Source: an uncultured Phycisphaerales bacterium
GTDB taxonomy: Bacteria; Planctomycetota; Phycisphaerae; Tepidisphaerales; Tepidisphaeraceae
Direction: 5' to 3'
DNA length: 64,000 bases
Assembly: GCA_963758525.1 (NCBI GenBank)
Contig: CAVWVQ010000003.1
Location: 2,336,001-2,400,000 of the forward strand
The first letter of the stretch is position 1; each line of letters starts with the position of its first letter. Shown in pieces: positions 1-10,072 of this stretch. A model generated the notes under the pieces. The model worked only from the letters and a program-made list of their open reading frames with translations. It was not told the origin of the DNA and did no database searches. The position numbers were made by a program, and so were the translations under genes.

Positions 1-909
1 CCCCGGCGGCGGAGGAGAGATCTTTACGCCGCGCGTCCGGCGCAAAATCGGGATCGGCAAGTGCAGCGGCGACGACTGGCTGCGCGTGATGCGCGTCGCG
101 CACGAGGAGGGCCTCAATACCTCCGCGACGATGCTCATCGGGCATATCGAGTTTGTGCGCGAGCGCGTCGAGCACATGGCCGCCCTGCGCGACATGCAGG
201 ATTACGCGATCAGTCTTGATCGCTTTCACGGGGTGGCGGACGTCGAGCAACACTGTCAATCACGTTGGCCGGGTGTCTTTGCCAAATCACCCTGGGATGG
301 ACAGCGAGGACACGTACCGGCCGGCCGCTATGCGGCATTCATCCACTGGCCTTTCCAGCGGGAAAACACGCCGTTGGGACGCGCGAAGGAATGGGATCCG
401 GATGTGTACGGGCCGTATGACGATTCGACCAACGAAGATATCCTGCGCGGTCGCGTGGTTCGCATGGCCGGGCGCAGGAATATCTGCGGACGCTGGCGGT
501 GGCCCGGCTGTTTCTGGACAACTTCGCGTCGCTGCAAAGCAGTTGGGTGACGATGGGGCCAAAAGTGGGGCAGCTTGCGTTGTTCTTTGGCGCCAACGAC
601 ATGGGCAGCGTGATGATGGAGGAGAACGTCGTCAGCGCGGCGGGCACGACGTACAAGCTCAGCGAGCGGGAAATCTGCCGGCTGATTCGCGACAGCGGCT
701 GGGTGCCGGCGCAGCGGGATCAGTACTATCACGTGCTCAAGCGGCACGACGGGCCGGGCGCGCCGGATCGCCTGGCGGTGGAGCATCCGCCGGTTCGGCA
801 GGTTCGCAAGGTCGATCGTGAGTTTGTCGGCGCCGCGCCGGGTCTGGATGACGGGCGGGATCAGAGCGTCAGCGTGCAGTTGCCGCTGCTGGGAGAGGGA
901 AAGCAATAA
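1..909 (+). CDS. mqnC: Cyclic dehypoxanthinyl futalosine synthase (radical SAM), 5'-partial, frameshift near 470
   Basis: ORFs 86..550 and 499..909 join: TSATMLIGH, AFIHWPFQRENT, EYLRTLAVARLFLDN..QSSWVTMG..GANDMGSVMMEENVVSAAG are MqnC-type motifs. Confidence 0.85.
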
Positions 910-916
910 GATAATA

Positions 917-1015
917 GGGTTCAGGGTCCAGGGTTCAGGGTTCAGGGTTCAGGGTTCAGGGTTCAGGGTTCAGGGTTCAGGGTTTAGGGTTCAGGGTTCA
1001 GGGTTCAGGGTTCAT
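917..1015. repeat. Heptamer tandem array (AGGGTTC)n, ~14 units
   Basis: Directly visible between convergent genes. Confidence 0.95.
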
Positions 1016-1594
1016 GGGTCCCTGCTTCAGTGGGCGGTTTGCCATCGCCGGAGCGGCGAACGTACGGTTTCGCTCGGCTCGTTGCTCACGATCGATCCGC
1101 CAGAGCAGATAAAATACGACCGCGACATTGGTCACCAGCAGCCCGACCTTGAACCAGTTGGGCCGATGATACAGTTCGTAGATCTCCAGTGGCAGGAGCA
1201 GGCAACTGGAGACGGCGGTGAGCCACTCGGCCCACCGCTTCTCCCGATAGAGTCCGATCCCTTCAATGAAGTAGAGAGCGGCGTAGAGGAAAAGTCCCGC
1301 GCCGAGGATTCCCAATTGCCGATCATTGATGTGGAGCGCGCGAACCAGAAGCCAGGTGGCGGTGCGGCTGTCGGGGGCGATGTTCAGGCGATGCACGAGA
1401 TGCAGGGCCATTTCCGTCAGATCGCGGTGACGAAGATGCAGCGTGGCAATGCCAGCGCAGAGAGTCAGAGAGGCCTTGATGATCTTGTAGAGCGCGATCC
1501 AGAGCAGAAGACCGCGCTTCTCCGCGGCGCGCGGAGCTTGTGAAGAGCCGTTCTGCGCTGCGAGCGTGGGGGAGCCCTCATTCACTGCCGCCAT
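998..1594 (-). CDS. DUF2127 family membrane protein
   Basis: GLLLWIALYK..., YAALYFIEGIGL..EKRWAEWLT..LLPLEIYEL..NVAVVFYL pattern, 4 TM segments. Confidence 0.8.
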   Translation of the reverse strand: MAAVNEGSPTLAAQNGSSQAPRAAEKRGLLLWIALYKIIKASLTLCAGIATLHLRHRDLTEMALHLVHRLNIAPDSRTATWLLVRALHINDRQLGILGAGLFLYAALYFIEGIGLYREKRWAEWLTAVSSCLLLPLEIYELYHRPNWFKVGLLVTNVAVVFYLLWRIDREQRAERNRTFAAPAMANRPLKQGPMNPEP

Positions 1595-1638
1595 GCCCCC
1601 AGTGAACGATATTGAGCTTATGATTTCAAGACAGCGCT

Positions 1639-1944
1639 TCAGGCAACCGCTTCCTGAGGCTCTTGCGATTCGGTGTCGGTGTCTTCAGGGCGCTGCGTTT
1701 CGGCCATGTGCGCGAGCATGCGGTTGGGCGACTCCATCGAAGAGCCGCTCATCACGCGCTCGAATTCTTCGTTGATCAGCGCCTGGACCGCGCGAAGCTC
1801 ATCCTGCAGCTTGCGGCGCTGGTCCTGAAGGGCGGCCACCTGCTCATCGATGCGCTGGATCGTCGTCATGCGTCCATGCGCCTTCTGGAAGAGGCTGACT
1901 GCCGCGGAAGTTGTTTGCGAAGAGGGAAGATTATCGGTCGCCAC
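1639..1944 (-). CDS. Small coiled-coil hypothetical protein
   Basis: AAGGAG RBS upstream of GTG; heptad-rich IDEQVAALQDQRRKLQDEL. Confidence 0.65.
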   Translation of the reverse strand: MATDNLPSSQTTSAAVSLFQKAHGRMTTIQRIDEQVAALQDQRRKLQDELRAVQALINEEFERVMSGSSMESPNRMLAHMAETQRPEDTDTESQEPQEAVA

Positions 1945-2122
1945 TGTGAAACTCCTTTTTATGGGCGTGCCGTGAGAGAGCTTGCACCGGCTTCACGGCC
2001 CGATCAGAAGCGCGGTTTGAGAAACGAAGGCACTGACCCAGATTACTGCTGGCCGCGCCCTGCCCCAACGGCCCCCATCTTATCGGCCAAGGGAAGTGAT
2101 TCAAGTGAATATGCACTGCGGA

Positions 2123-2341
2123 TCAGCAGTAATATTCGTATTCGATGGGATATGGGATCAAATCCGGACGGACCAGATGAAGTTTTCGCAAGCGCACTTC
2201 GGGCCGCAACCCCGCGATTGCGCCCGATCGCGCCGCGCCGCTTGACTGGCGGGCGGATGAATCGGAAGTCATCAAAGCGGAGCCCAAGAGCGCTGCAACC
2301 AGCAGAGCGGTGCGAGCGATCGAACGACCACGGGAATGCAT
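2123..2341 (-). CDS. Small putatively exported protein (72 aa)
   Basis: Signal-peptide-like N-terminus; aromatic C-terminus LHLVRPDLIPYPIEYEYYC. Confidence 0.55.
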   Translation of the reverse strand: MHSRGRSIARTALLVAALLGSALMTSDSSARQSSGAARSGAIAGLRPEVRLRKLHLVRPDLIPYPIEYEYYC

Positions 2342-2523
2342 GGCGAAAAGCCTTCTGGACAGTTTGAGCGATCGGCGGCGTTATCGGGCGTCGGCGTGCT
2401 GATTGTCCCGGTCTGCACCCGCAAGAAATGAAAGCTACCCCAACCATCCGGGGGAACCAATGAAAAACTTGGAGCGCGACAGTCCGTTGGCCGATATAGG
2501 CGCATTCTGGGCAAAGACTGCGC

Positions 2524-3060
2524 TCAAAGAGGGGGGATCGGCGCACGATCGCTCGGATCGATCGCGGGAGCGGCCTGGGGATTCGGTTCCGAAGGCTTGG
2601 GACGCGCGGTGAGGGCGGCGCTGAGCAGACTCACAATCGCGGGACGTATCAGTCCGATAATCTGACGCAGCAGCAGTGCGCCGATGGCAACCTCCTTCGC
2701 CTCGCTCTTCTTGGAATCCTTGTGGTCGGGCGCGGGCTTGGGCGCTGGGTGCAGCGCCTCCTGAATACGCCGCAGCCGCGCCAGCTCTTGCTGCTCTTTC
2801 GAGGGAATCAGCGCAGTTGCCGTAGCGAAACCACCCGCCGCGGAGGCGGCGAGCGCGAGCCAGGGGTGATCGTGCGCCCATCGCAGCGGGCTGAGCCCAT
2901 GTCTCAACTCGGTCTTGATCTCGCTGATCCTGGCGCACATTGCCGCTTGCGCTTGCTTTGCCTGCGCATCGAGATATTCCGCTTCAGTGGACGCCGGCGT
3001 CTGCCTGGGGCGTGGCGCCATCGTCGGAGCTGAGGGATTCTTTAAGGTCGTCGCTTTCAT
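2524..3060 (-). CDS. Hypothetical membrane-associated protein (third gene of ElaB/YqjD-type triad; start may be 3021)
   Basis: Helical N-terminus then 'W..HPWLALAASAAGGF' TM; overlaps upstream gene. Confidence 0.6.
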   Translation of the reverse strand: MKATTLKNPSAPTMAPRPRQTPASTEAEYLDAQAKQAQAAMCARISEIKTELRHGLSPLRWAHDHPWLALAASAAGGFATATALIPSKEQQELARLRRIQEALHPAPKPAPDHKDSKKSEAKEVAIGALLLRQIIGLIRPAIVSLLSAALTARPKPSEPNPQAAPAIDPSDRAPIPPL

Positions 3061-3499
3061 ACTTAAGCACCGTTGATTCGCGACTCAGTTTGGTGACGCG
3101 TGTGACGAGGATGCGAATGCTGATCCCCACCGCGCCCAGAACGATGATGCCGCAAAGCAGATCTCCGATCCACGCCCCGTGGCCGCAGAGAACCGTCAGA
3201 CCGCCGGCGATTCCCTGCAGAACCAGCACGATGGCAGTAATCACCGCGCTCGCCGCGGCGAGCAGCGCCAGCACGCCAAGAGCCGCCAGCATCACGTACT
3301 GACGGATCGTCAGCTTCAGACGGTCAATCTTGGCGGCCAGAAAGTAGCGGGCGAAGGCCGGCAGCTCGGCAATCCGAGCCCATGCGGTCCGCAGCGCGTC
3401 GGCGGCGGATTCACCGGCGCCCGCGCCATTGCCGTCGGCGCCGTCGCCGACGCCTCGCGACGCGGCAACCGGCTCATCAAAGCGCGTGTCCTGCGGCAT
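2984..3499 (-). CDS. Two-TM membrane protein (YqjE/holin-X-like)
   Basis: Two hydrophobic helices; directly follows DUF883 gene. Confidence 0.6.
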   Translation of the reverse strand: MPQDTRFDEPVAASRGVGDGADGNGAGAGESAADALRTAWARIAELPAFARYFLAAKIDRLKLTIRQYVMLAALGVLALLAAASAVITAIVLVLQGIAGGLTVLCGHGAWIGDLLCGIIVLGAVGISIRILVTRVTKLSRESTVLKYESDDLKESLSSDDGATPQADAGVH

Positions 3500-3514
3500 A
3501 CAAACTCCAGTCGC

Positions 3515-3799
3515 TCAACTGCGCTTCCAAAGTGCGCCCAGCAACAGACCGACGCCGGCGGCAATCAGCACCGCCTGCAGCGGCTTCTCGCGAACATACG
3601 TCTCCAGGCCGTCTTCCCACTCCTGCGCCATGTCGCGGCCCTGCTCGTAATAGGCCTTCGCCTCGCCGCTGAGCGATTCGTATTTTTCGCGAGCTGCGTC
3701 GCGCACCTGTCCACCAAGATCGCGGATGTTTTCGCCGACCTGTGATGCCTTGTCCCGCAGATCGGCCTGGGACGGTCCGGATTCATTGCTTGTAGCCAT
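3515..3799 (-). CDS. ElaB/YqjD/DUF883 family membrane-anchored protein
   Basis: C-terminal YVREKPLQAVLIAAGVGLLLGALW tail anchor; AGGAG RBS. Confidence 0.85.
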   Translation of the reverse strand: MATSNESGPSQADLRDKASQVGENIRDLGGQVRDAAREKYESLSGEAKAYYEQGRDMAQEWEDGLETYVREKPLQAVLIAAGVGLLLGALWKRS

Positions 3800-3904
3800 T
3801 CCAATACGTCTCCTTTCAAGAGATACAATGGTCATCCACTGAAAAAAGAGTAACCTGCATCCGAACAACCGGGAGCGCCGAATTTCACGATTCCTGCCAA
3901 AAAT

Positions 3905-5386
3905 TTAACGGTAGGCCTCGAGAATTCGCTTGATGACGGCGGACGTGCTGCGTCCATCCACCAGCGGCGCAAGCGCCACGCGCCCGCCATATCCTTCGAC
4001 GATTTCCCATCCGACGACTTGTTCCTTGAGATAATCCGCCCCTTTCACCAGCACGTCGGGAGTGATTTTCTCGATCAACCGCAGGGGCGTCTCGTCGTCG
4101 AAGCAGATGAGATAGTCGATGCTCTCGAGTTCCTCCAGCACGCTCAAGCGGTCGGCCGCACCGATGATCGGCCGCTTGTCCCCCTTGAGCCGGCGGATGC
4201 TTTCATCGGTGTTCACCGCGACAACCAGCAGATCTCCCTGCTGGCGGGCGAATTGAAAATATTTGATGTGTCCCAGGTGAATGAGATCGAAGCAGCCGTT
4301 TGTGAAGACCACGCGCTTGCCCGCGGCGCGGTGATGCTGAATCTCCGGAAGCAGCGTCTCCAGCGTGCGCTGCTTGCCATGATGCTCGTGCACCTCGTTG
4401 AGAAGCTCCTGGATGATCTCCTTGGGAGGAATCGGCACCGAGCCGAACCGCTCGACTTCCAGTCCCCCTGCCACGTTGGCCAGCGCCACCGCCTCGACCC
4501 AGTCAGCGCCGGCGGTGCGGGCGATGGCCAGCATCGAAAGCACCATGTCGCCGGCGCCGGTCACGTCATACACCTGGCGGGGCCGCGTCTTGAGCCAGCG
4601 GCGCTCTCCTTCGCGCGTGGCCAGGTAGGAGCCGTGCTTGTCGAGCGTGATGACAGCCGCTTCCAGATCCAGGTTCTCCAGCAGCCATTCGCCGGCGGCC
4701 GCAAACTCCGGCTCCTCCTGCACCGGCAGGCCGCTGGCCTTTTCCGCCTCCAGGCGGTTGAGCTTGACGGCCGTTGCGCCGTAGTAGCGCTTGTAGTTGC
4801 TGATCGCCGCGGGATCGACCAGCACGGGCAGTTCTCGCGATTTGGCGATGGCGATCATTCGCTGACAGACCTCGAAGCTCAGCAATCCTTTGTTGTAATC
4901 TTCCAGACAGACCATTTTGGCGCCGTCGAGTGACTCCTCGAACGCCTCCACGACCCGGTCGGCCCAGTTGCCGGTGAGCGGCGCGACTTCTTCATAATCG
5001 ATGCGCATCATCTGCTGCGGATGGCGATGTTGCGCCAGGCCGATCAGACGGGTCTTGCAGACGGTCGGGCGGTCCGCGCATTCCAGCACGCCGCGCGTGT
5101 CGCTGCCGCTCTCGCCCAGCAGGCTCCGGACCTGCCGCGCACGCTCGTCGGCGCCGACGATTCCGACCACGCGCACTTCCGCGCCCAGCGCCGCCAGATC
5201 AGCGGCGACTCCGCCAGCGCCTCCCAGTGCCAGCGTCTCGTTGCGGTAATGCAGCACGGGAACCGGCGCCTCTGGGGAGAGCCGTTCGGCGTTCCCGTAA
5301 ATGTACCGGTCGAGCATCAAATCCCCGACCAGCACCACCGGAACCCGCCAGAGCCGTTCCATGATTTGAACCAAAGCCATCGACAT
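3905..5386 (-). CDS. hldE: Bifunctional heptose 7-phosphate kinase / heptose 1-phosphate adenylyltransferase
   Basis: GDLMLDRY..RLSPEAPVPV, DVTGAGD (PfkB) and FTNGCFDLIHLGH, VKGADY (cytidylyltransferase-like). Confidence 0.95.
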   Translation of the reverse strand: MSMALVQIMERLWRVPVVLVGDLMLDRYIYGNAERLSPEAPVPVLHYRNETLALGGAGGVAADLAALGAEVRVVGIVGADERARQVRSLLGESGSDTRGVLECADRPTVCKTRLIGLAQHRHPQQMMRIDYEEVAPLTGNWADRVVEAFEESLDGAKMVCLEDYNKGLLSFEVCQRMIAIAKSRELPVLVDPAAISNYKRYYGATAVKLNRLEAEKASGLPVQEEPEFAAAGEWLLENLDLEAAVITLDKHGSYLATREGERRWLKTRPRQVYDVTGAGDMVLSMLAIARTAGADWVEAVALANVAGGLEVERFGSVPIPPKEIIQELLNEVHEHHGKQRTLETLLPEIQHHRAAGKRVVFTNGCFDLIHLGHIKYFQFARQQGDLLVVAVNTDESIRRLKGDKRPIIGAADRLSVLEELESIDYLICFDDETPLRLIEKITPDVLVKGADYLKEQVVGWEIVEGYGGRVALAPLVDGRSTSAVIKRILEAYR

Positions 5387-5417
5387 GCAAGTGATTGTAG
5401 CGGACAGGGGGGAAAAG

Positions 5418-5481
5418 GAGCCAGAAGCAAGAAGCCAGAAGCAAGGAGCAGGACTTGGCAAGCTTCTTGCTTCTGGCTTCT
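5418..5481. repeat. Inverted heptamer array (AGAAGCC/AGAAGCA ... TGCTTCT/GGCTTCT)
   Basis: Tandem units followed by their reverse complement. Confidence 0.8.
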
Positions 5482-5552
5482 AATGACCTCGCGCGAACAT
5501 GCGCTGTCAATCTCATGGGCTCTGCGAGAATCCATGAAGAGGGAAAAGAGGG

Positions 5553-5648
5553 AACACGAATCTGCACGAATGAACCACGAATCTCACGAATAAACGCGGA
5601 GAAATCTGCTTCGTGAGGATTCGTGCAAAATTCGTGTCGATTCGTGTT
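5553..5648. repeat. Inverted CACGAAT ... ATTCGTG repeat array
   Basis: Four CACGAAT units then four (A)TTCGTG units. Confidence 0.85.
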
Positions 5649-5781
5649 CTGCATTTCTCGGTCACTGCGGACTGGGCGGGATCGCGTACAGTCATTTCGC
5701 CGTTTGCTCCTTGCTTGCTTCCTTTCGCCCCTCGATTCGCCCGCGTACAATCAGTCTCGTCGGGTTCACCTGGAGAGTTTC

Positions 5782-7683
5782 ATGAGCCGGCTCGATCGTC
5801 ATATTTCGATGGTTCGCGGGAAGATGATGCTCGGACAGTTCTTCAAGGGGCTCGCCTGGAGCGCGCTGGCCTTTGCGGCGATCATCTGGACGGCGATCAT
5901 GATCGATCGCCTCGTCCATCTTCATCTGCCTGCGGAGGGAACCTGGCTTTTGATCGGTTTCGGTGCCGTCGGGGTTGCGGGATGGGCGTATGCGATCTGG
6001 CGCAGGCCCAGTGACAAGCAGGCGGCCGTTGCGATCGACCAGCGGCTCGCACTGAAGGAAAAATTCAGCACGGCTCTGTACGTCCGCCCCATGAACGACC
6101 CGTTTGCGGCAGCCACGGTGCGCGATGCCGAGCAGACCGCGGACAATGTCAGCCTGCACAAGCGGTTTCCGGTCGAGGTGCCGACGCGCCCGTTGCTGTT
6201 GGTGGCCGGCGCGGCGGTGGCGATCCTGCTGACTGTCGCTTTCGTGCCGAGTCTGGATTTGTTTCGCATCGAAGCCGCCCACCAGAAAAAACTCGAGGTC
6301 GCCCGGCACGATCGCGCGGCGGCCGAGAAGTCGCTGAAGCAGGCGCTGGTGCAGCTCGACAGCGCCCCCAAAGCAGTAGCTGAATCCGAGCAGATCAAGC
6401 TGGCGCGGCAGGACCTCGCCGACGCGCTCAAGCGGCCGGTGGATGATCCGGTGGCTGCCCAACATAAAGCGGAGAGTGCCCTGCAGGAAATGGAAGCCAT
6501 CAAGCAGCAGATCAAGGATCAGGCGAAGTTCGCCGAGGCGCAGAACGCCATGCGCAGCCTCGCGTCGCTTCCTCAGAACACCGACGACACCGGGCCGATC
6601 GCGCAGGCGCGCGACGCGATGTCCAAGGGGGATCTTTCGCAGGCGGTCGAGAAACTCACCTCCGCCGTCGAGAACTTTCAGCAGAAGCCGCCCGCTGAGC
6701 AGAAGAAGACCGCCCAGGACATGGCCAAGCTCGCCGCGGATATTGCGAAGAACGCGAACGATCCGCAGGTACAGCAAAACATCCAGAAGCAACTGCAGCA
6801 GATGGGAGCGACGGCTCAACAGGCGCAGACGATGTCGCAGTTGATGCAGTCCGCGGCCAATGGCGACAAGAGCGCGCAGCAGCAACTCCAGAAGGCGGCC
6901 AACAACCTCGCGCAGCAGATGAATCAGAAGCAGGGCGGCCAGTCGCAGTCGCAGCAGCAGCAAATGGCGTCGCAGATGCAGCAGGCAATCGCGCAGATGC
7001 AATCGCAGGCGAACGGGCAGGCTCGATCGCAGCAGATGGCTCATGCAGCCCAGCAACTCGCCCAGGCAATGGCGCAGGCAGCGCAGGCTCAGAACGGCAG
7101 CAAACCGGGCCAGCAGCAGGGTGGCCAAAAGGGGCAAAGTGCCCAGGCTCAGGCACAGCAGCAGATGCAGCAGTCGAACAAGGCCATGCAGCAGCAATTG
7201 CAGCAGATGCAGGCAATGGCCAGCGCCGCCCAGGCGGGCGCCGCCGGGCAAGGGCAGCCGGGCCAGCAGGGACAACAGCCCGGTCAGAGCCCAGGTCAGC
7301 AAGGGCAACAAGGCCAGCAGAGCGGGAACGGACAGGGGGGAGGGAATCAGCCCAATCAGCAGTGGGCGCAGGGAAATAATCAGCAGCAGGGCCAGGGGGG
7401 CAACGGCGGGCAAGCCGGCGGCGCCCGCCCGGACCCGGTGGAAGCGCCGTATGGCGTGAAGAAGGAATTGTCGTCATCGGAGACGATTGACAGCGGAAAG
7501 ATCCTGGCCAGCAGCTTCGTCAAGGCCGGCACGATCGTCGGCGAGTCGAAGGTGGGTTTGTCGGATGCGGTTCTCAAGGAACAGCAGGACGCCGCCGACC
7601 AGGTCGATGAGGATCGCGTGCCGCGCGCCTCGGCGCAGGCCGTCAAGAACTATTTCCAGACGATCAAAGACGACTCGAAGTGA
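5782..7683 (+). CDS. Membrane-anchored coiled-coil protein with Gln/Gly-rich low-complexity region
   Basis: 3 N-terminal TM segments, AAVAIDQRLALKEKFSTAL motif, C-terminal VPRASAQAVKNYF; precedes MoxR. Confidence 0.8.
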   Translation: MSRLDRHISMVRGKMMLGQFFKGLAWSALAFAAIIWTAIMIDRLVHLHLPAEGTWLLIGFGAVGVAGWAYAIWRRPSDKQAAVAIDQRLALKEKFSTALYVRPMNDPFAAATVRDAEQTADNVSLHKRFPVEVPTRPLLLVAGAAVAILLTVAFVPSLDLFRIEAAHQKKLEVARHDRAAAEKSLKQALVQLDSAPKAVAESEQIKLARQDLADALKRPVDDPVAAQHKAESALQEMEAIKQQIKDQAKFAEAQNAMRSLASLPQNTDDTGPIAQARDAMSKGDLSQAVEKLTSAVENFQQKPPAEQKKTAQDMAKLAADIAKNANDPQVQQNIQKQLQQMGATAQQAQTMSQLMQSAANGDKSAQQQLQKAANNLAQQMNQKQGGQSQSQQQQMASQMQQAIAQMQSQANGQARSQQMAHAAQQLAQAMAQAAQAQNGSKPGQQQGGQKGQSAQAQAQQQMQQSNKAMQQQLQQMQAMASAAQAGAAGQGQPGQQGQQPGQSPGQQGQQGQQSGNGQGGGNQPNQQWAQGNNQQQGQGGNGGQAGGARPDPVEAPYGVKKELSSSETIDSGKILASSFVKAGTIVGESKVGLSDAVLKEQQDAADQVDEDRVPRASAQAVKNYFQTIKDDSK

Positions 7684-7704
7684 TCCTTCGATAGGATATG
7701 CATC

Positions 7705-8748
7705 ATGGCGATTGCAACGGCCTCCTCAATCGATCCACAAATTCAGCAGCTCTGCGACAGCTTTCGCGAAGACTACCGCGCGGTGAAAGCCGAAGTCGGC
7801 AAGGCCATCGTCGGGCATGAGGAAATCGTCGACGGCGTTCTGACCTGTCTCTTCGTCGGCGGGCATGCGCTGCTCGAGGGTGTCCCCGGTCTGGGGAAAA
7901 CCGCGCTCATTCGCACGCTGGCCTCGGCTCTGAACCTCAAGTTCAGCCGAATCCAGTTTACGCCCGACCTGATGCCGGCCGACGTGATCGGCACCAACGT
8001 GATCATGGAAAACGAGCATGGGCAGCGCGCGTTCCAATTCATGAGCGGCCCGATCTTCGCCCAGATCGTGCTCGCGGATGAAATCAACCGCGCAACGCCC
8101 AAGACCCAAAGCGCCATGCTCGAAGCCATGCAGGAAAAGCAGGTCACCGCGGGCGGCGCAATCCGCAAGCTGGAGGAGCCGTTCTTCGTGATGGCCACGC
8201 AGAACCCGCTGGAGCAGGAAGGGACCTATCCGCTTCCCGAGGCGCAGCTCGACCGCTTCTTCTTCAAGCTCATCGTGCAGTATTCGGGCCGCGAAGAACT
8301 CAAGCAGATTCTCGATCGAACGACCACCGGCCATAAACCCGACATTCAGCCGGTGATCGATGGCCCGCGCATCATCGCGCATCAGAAGCTCGTGCAGCGG
8401 GTCATCATCGCGCCCCACGTGCAGGACTACGCCGTCCGCTGCGTGATGGGAACGCATCCGCAGGGGATTTTCGCGATCCCGATGGTCAATCAGTTTCTCC
8501 GCGTCGGCGCCAGTCCGCGCGCCGCCCAGGCGATCACGCTTGCAGCGAAAGTGCGGGCGCTGCTCGACGGGAGGTTTCACGTCAGCTTCAAGGACATCAA
8601 AGATGTCGCGATTCCCGCCATGCGGCATCGCATCATTCTCAACTTCGAGGGCGAAGCCGAGGGAATCACCACCGACATGGTGCTGGAGAAACTGATCGCG
8701 GAAACGCCCACGACGATCGACAGCGAGATCGCGGCGGGGAGAGTTTAG
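7705..8748 (+). CDS. moxR: MoxR family AAA+ ATPase
   Basis: GVPGLGKT, RIQFTPDLMPAD, DEINRATPKTQSA, ATQNPLEQEGTYPLPEAQLDRF. Confidence 0.95.
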   Translation: MAIATASSIDPQIQQLCDSFREDYRAVKAEVGKAIVGHEEIVDGVLTCLFVGGHALLEGVPGLGKTALIRTLASALNLKFSRIQFTPDLMPADVIGTNVIMENEHGQRAFQFMSGPIFAQIVLADEINRATPKTQSAMLEAMQEKQVTAGGAIRKLEEPFFVMATQNPLEQEGTYPLPEAQLDRFFFKLIVQYSGREELKQILDRTTTGHKPDIQPVIDGPRIIAHQKLVQRVIIAPHVQDYAVRCVMGTHPQGIFAIPMVNQFLRVGASPRAAQAITLAAKVRALLDGRFHVSFKDIKDVAIPAMRHRIILNFEGEAEGITTDMVLEKLIAETPTTIDSEIAAGRV

Positions 8749-8750
8749 AT

Positions 8751-8820
8751 GGTAGGGCGGGATTCATCCCGCCGTTTTCTCGGCCGGCCAACAAATCGGC
8801 GGGATGAATCCCGCCCTACC
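8751..8820. repeat. GTAG-type REP doublet (family A)
   Basis: GGTAGGGCGGGATTCATCCCGCC ... GGCGGGATGAATCCCGCCCTACC; related copies at 35389 and 63186. Confidence 0.9.
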
Positions 8821-9040
8821 CGAAGCCGATCGCCACTTTCGAGCGCCACAACCAAGGTTTGACCCCTGGATACCAATCCCGCAGACGGTCACGGCCTCGC
8901 ATGATAGACTGTTCTAGTGCGAGCGTTCACTGCGACCACTGAGACCTCCGCGAGGTTGCAGGACGGTCAGCCCGCAATGGAAGGCGAATTCGTGGGAACG
9001 CAATTGGTCACTGTCGACTGAGGTGGCCAAGCTTTTATAG

Positions 9041-9943
9041 ATGACGACTCAAGCCCTTCAAACCGGCAAATCCCTCCTCGACCCCGCCTTCATGGGCCGG
9101 CTCGATCAGTTGGACGTCATGTCGCGCAAGCTGCTCGCTGGAAAAATGAAGGGCGAGCGGCGCAGCAAGATGCGCGGGCAGAGCGTGGAGTTTGCCGATT
9201 ATCGCAATTACGTCGTCGGCGACGATCTTCGCTTCATCGACTGGAACATCTACGCCCGGCTCGACCGCCTCTTCCTCAAGCTTTTTCTCGAAGAGGAAGA
9301 CTTGGCGCTCTACATCATTCTCGACGTTTCCAAGAGCTGCGACTACGGCAATCCCGCCAAGGCGTTTTATCTCAAGCAGGTGGCTGCCGCGCTGGGGTAT
9401 ATCGGGCTGGTCAATTACAACCGCGTCGCCATCGCCGCGATGGCCGACGGCATCGTCGCCGAGACCGGCGCGCTGCGCGGCCGGCGGCGCGTGGCGCAGA
9501 TGATCGACTTTCTCTCCGGCCTCCAGCCCGCCGGCCCGAGCCGGCTTGCCGAGTCTTGCAAACGCTTCGCCCTGGCACATCGATCCAAAGGGGTCTGCGT
9601 CGTTCTCTCCGATTTCTTCGACAAGGGCGGCTACGAGTCGGGCCTGCGCTACGTCGCGGGCGGAAAGTATGACCTCTTCTGCGTGCAGGTCCTCTCGCCG
9701 CAGGAGATCGATCCTGATTTGAAGGGCGACCTGAAGCTTCGCGACATGGAAGACGACGACACCGCCGAGGTTTCAATCACGCAACCGCTGATCAAGCGAT
9801 ACAAGGCCAATCTCAACGCCTATTGCCTGTCGCTCAAGGAGTACATCACGCGCCGCGGCGGAACGTATCTCTTCACGAGCACGGCGGTGCCGTTCGATAC
9901 ACTGGTGCTGAATTATCTGCGCGAACGAGGGCTGTTGGGGTAA
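9041..9943 (+). CDS. DUF58 domain protein
   Basis: GQSVEFADYRNYVVGDDLRFIDW, ILDVSKS, VVLSDF. Confidence 0.92.
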   Translation: MTTQALQTGKSLLDPAFMGRLDQLDVMSRKLLAGKMKGERRSKMRGQSVEFADYRNYVVGDDLRFIDWNIYARLDRLFLKLFLEEEDLALYIILDVSKSCDYGNPAKAFYLKQVAAALGYIGLVNYNRVAIAAMADGIVAETGALRGRRRVAQMIDFLSGLQPAGPSRLAESCKRFALAHRSKGVCVVLSDFFDKGGYESGLRYVAGGKYDLFCVQVLSPQEIDPDLKGDLKLRDMEDDDTAEVSITQPLIKRYKANLNAYCLSLKEYITRRGGTYLFTSTAVPFDTLVLNYLRERGLLG

Positions 9944-9954
9944 GCCTCCTCTTG

Positions 9955-10062
9955 CGTACCACGGGTTTCCAACCCGTGCGTGCTGCGACAGAACAGGAAT
10001 GAAATGCATCAACGGTGAGCATAGTCGCCTGCAGTTCGCACGGGTTGGAAACCCGTGGTACG
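9955..10062. repeat. REP-like doublet (family B)
   Basis: GTACCACGGGTTTCCAACCCGTG ... CACGGGTTGGAAACCCGTGGTAC; also at 37161 and 37563. Confidence 0.9.
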
Positions 10063-10072
10063 TTCAGCCGAA

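Noticed and set aside
917..1015. (AGGGTTC)n as telomere-like DNA, or ORF 818..1543 as a real gene
   Set aside because: Internal intergenic array in a bacterial context; the ORF merely translates the repeat and runs antisense to DUF2127
2080..2110. GCCGATAA on the minus strand as a sigma-28 promoter
   Set aside because: -10 matches but no convincing -35 at the expected spacing
5692..7413. Long antisense ORFs (also 29618..31495, 44135..46126, 55504..57006)
   Set aside because: Shadow ORFs of well-supported genes in GC-rich DNA
8821..9040. Intergenic stretch as ncRNA or riboswitch
   Set aside because: No recognisable motif or strong structure by eye
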